Shown here: one piece after another, positions 47,852-49,453 of the stretch
Layout of the letters: every line of letters starts with the position of its first letter
How positions within the stretch are numbered: the stretch's first letter is position 1
Assembly (NCBI GenBank): GCA_051942245.1
Contig: JAVECL010000120.1
Location: 1-49,453 of the forward strand
Length of the DNA: 49,453 nt
Direction: 5' to 3'
From: Trypethelium eluteriae
Taxonomy: Eukaryota
Made by a program: the position numbers and the translations under genes
Notes under the pieces: generated by a model
The model's input: only the letters and a program-made list of their open reading frames with translations
Databases searched by the model: none
Told to the model about the DNA's origin: nothing

Positions 47852-49023
47852 GAAATCTTGCCGCTTTTCTATTGACTTGGCTCTCCGACGGAAGATTTCA
47901 ATAACAGCAACTGCTATCGAGTGATCAACCTTCTTATCATCTCTCATCTTACGATCAGATCTGTTTCCAAAGGCTCTAGCTGAAACCGTAGTACACTGTC
48001 GCAATGAGCGATTCACCTCAAGCTCCTCTCTCACCTTTCTTTACGGGCCTTAACTTGAGTCATTTGAACCCCCTTTGTCTCGTTCACTTGGCGTGGCTCC
48101 TGAATCCGATAGTAAGCACTAGCTCTTGAGAAGCTTCTAGGTCGGCATAGCGTACGTAGCCACGTTACAATCTGTTTGTTCGCTCGCTCGTTTGTTTCGT
48201 TCCGTTCTTTTTTTGACAATCTATATGACTTTGAAAATTTGAGACATTTCTGTTGCGTGTAGGATTGATTCCATTCAATTCAGAGATCAGTGCGCAGAAA
48301 AGCGTGTGGCTACTGCGTATCCCCCTGTGATCGTGAGTTTGACAGAAAGTTTAGGACGACGAAATCGGAATGCCTTTGGTTGGAGCTACACACTTCTCAC
48401 TCGTTGGTCTACGCAGATACTCCATGATTAAAGGCAGCCGCGTCAACGGACTGTACATGTCCGCCTTAACGCCGTGAATTTACACTACATGTAGCGTAAA
48501 TGAAACCAGGTCCAGTGCCGTAGGGAGCAACCACACAGTGACTGCTATGTCCCATTCCGATTCAGACGAGTCGTAGTCGGAATACATTTATTGTCGTTGT
48601 CACGACACTGCCACTTTTTGTGTCCAAATCTTGAATGACTCCAGCGTAGTGATGAGATGCCGCGCCCCAACTCCCACAGTAGGATTAATTCCTGCTGTGG
48701 AAACAAGCATCAATGGTGGTGAGCAGACCACATGTCTGGAGAGGCACACTCACGATATCGTGCGTATAGTATAGAAAAAGGTAGAGATAACTTTAGACGC
48801 GCGAGATTTCAACCTCATGTAATAAGCCTAGCCCTGCATGAGCGCGAGCTTCTAACAACTATATCAAGCTATATCTATGAGCCGCCATTCTCCCAAAATG
48901 AAAAAGAAGGATCACCTCATCCAGCGACCCAGCGATGCATTGTATAAGCAAGAACGCTATGGATGAGCAACATCATCAGTACAAGCACAAAGAAAGAGGG
49001 TATAGAAGCTTGTGGATATCGTC

Positions 49024-49453
49024 ATGAGTTTAAGTGAGCAAGAAAGAAACAGGAAGAAAAGGACTGCACTGTGCCTGCCACCTGCCGTCACATCCGCTAT
49101 CCGACAAATACAGTCAGCTTCGGTACATGCAAGAGACCCACGCCTCGAAAAACTCGAAAAACCCACCCCGACCAAAAGGAAGCACGACAGGACCCATCCC
49201 AGCTGGATCAAGTCCGCCTTCAACCCCAACGGCAACCTACACTCGCTTTCGTACAAAATCATCGCGTCCGCTAGAACCAAGTCAGCCAGATCTCTCCCCA
49301 GGTCCTTCTTCTATTAAACTGTCAGACGCTCTCACTCACCAAACTCGCAATCGCCGCCGCCGACGCCAGATCCGGCTTCCCGCTCGTACTCCGCTGCGCC
49401 ACCCGCGGCAAACTGCTATTGCTACCCGACGCACCCGCTACTCCTCCCACTCC
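49024..49453 (+). CDS. Possible 5' part of a gene running off the window end
   Basis: Short ORF from ATG 49024 with C-rich coding-like composition and a possible intron near 49281-49326. No recognisable motif. Confidence 0.25.

Overview
Eukaryotic DNA from a filamentous ascomycete, judged from short GT-AG introns with CTAAC/CTGAC-type branch points and typical Pezizomycotina gene families. About 17 protein-coding genes can be supported. The left and middle part is mostly housekeeping: a partial PH-domain gene, a coiled-coil protein, a CsbD/LEA-like stress protein, NAD kinase, an S/P-rich protein, a Mak31-like Sm protein, a GH72 glucanosyltransferase, a YGR210C-like Obg GTPase and IDO/BNA2. 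The right ~20 kb looks accessory: an MFS transporter, a DUF6594-like protein, GH79, an unknown membrane protein, a desaturase-like protein, an NLR and its divergent neighbour. Two things stand out. (1) A spliced gene absent from the ORF track, complement(1294..1853,1920..2004), encodes a secreted Kex2/Ste13-type precursor with 8 copies of a cysteine-free 13-mer, VRGWHNVGQSAGE, that resembles alpha-type pheromones. (2) A NACHT NLR has an N-terminal membrane anchor, a TIR-like domain that keeps the putative catalytic Glu and no C-terminal repeat sensor, and sits head-to-head (326 bp) with an uncharacterised multi-pass membrane protein. Smaller features are a ~238-bp MITE-like element, a probable GC-AG intron, a 10-nt micro-exon and a degenerate 19-bp minisatellite. 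All calls come from manual reading; no database search was run.
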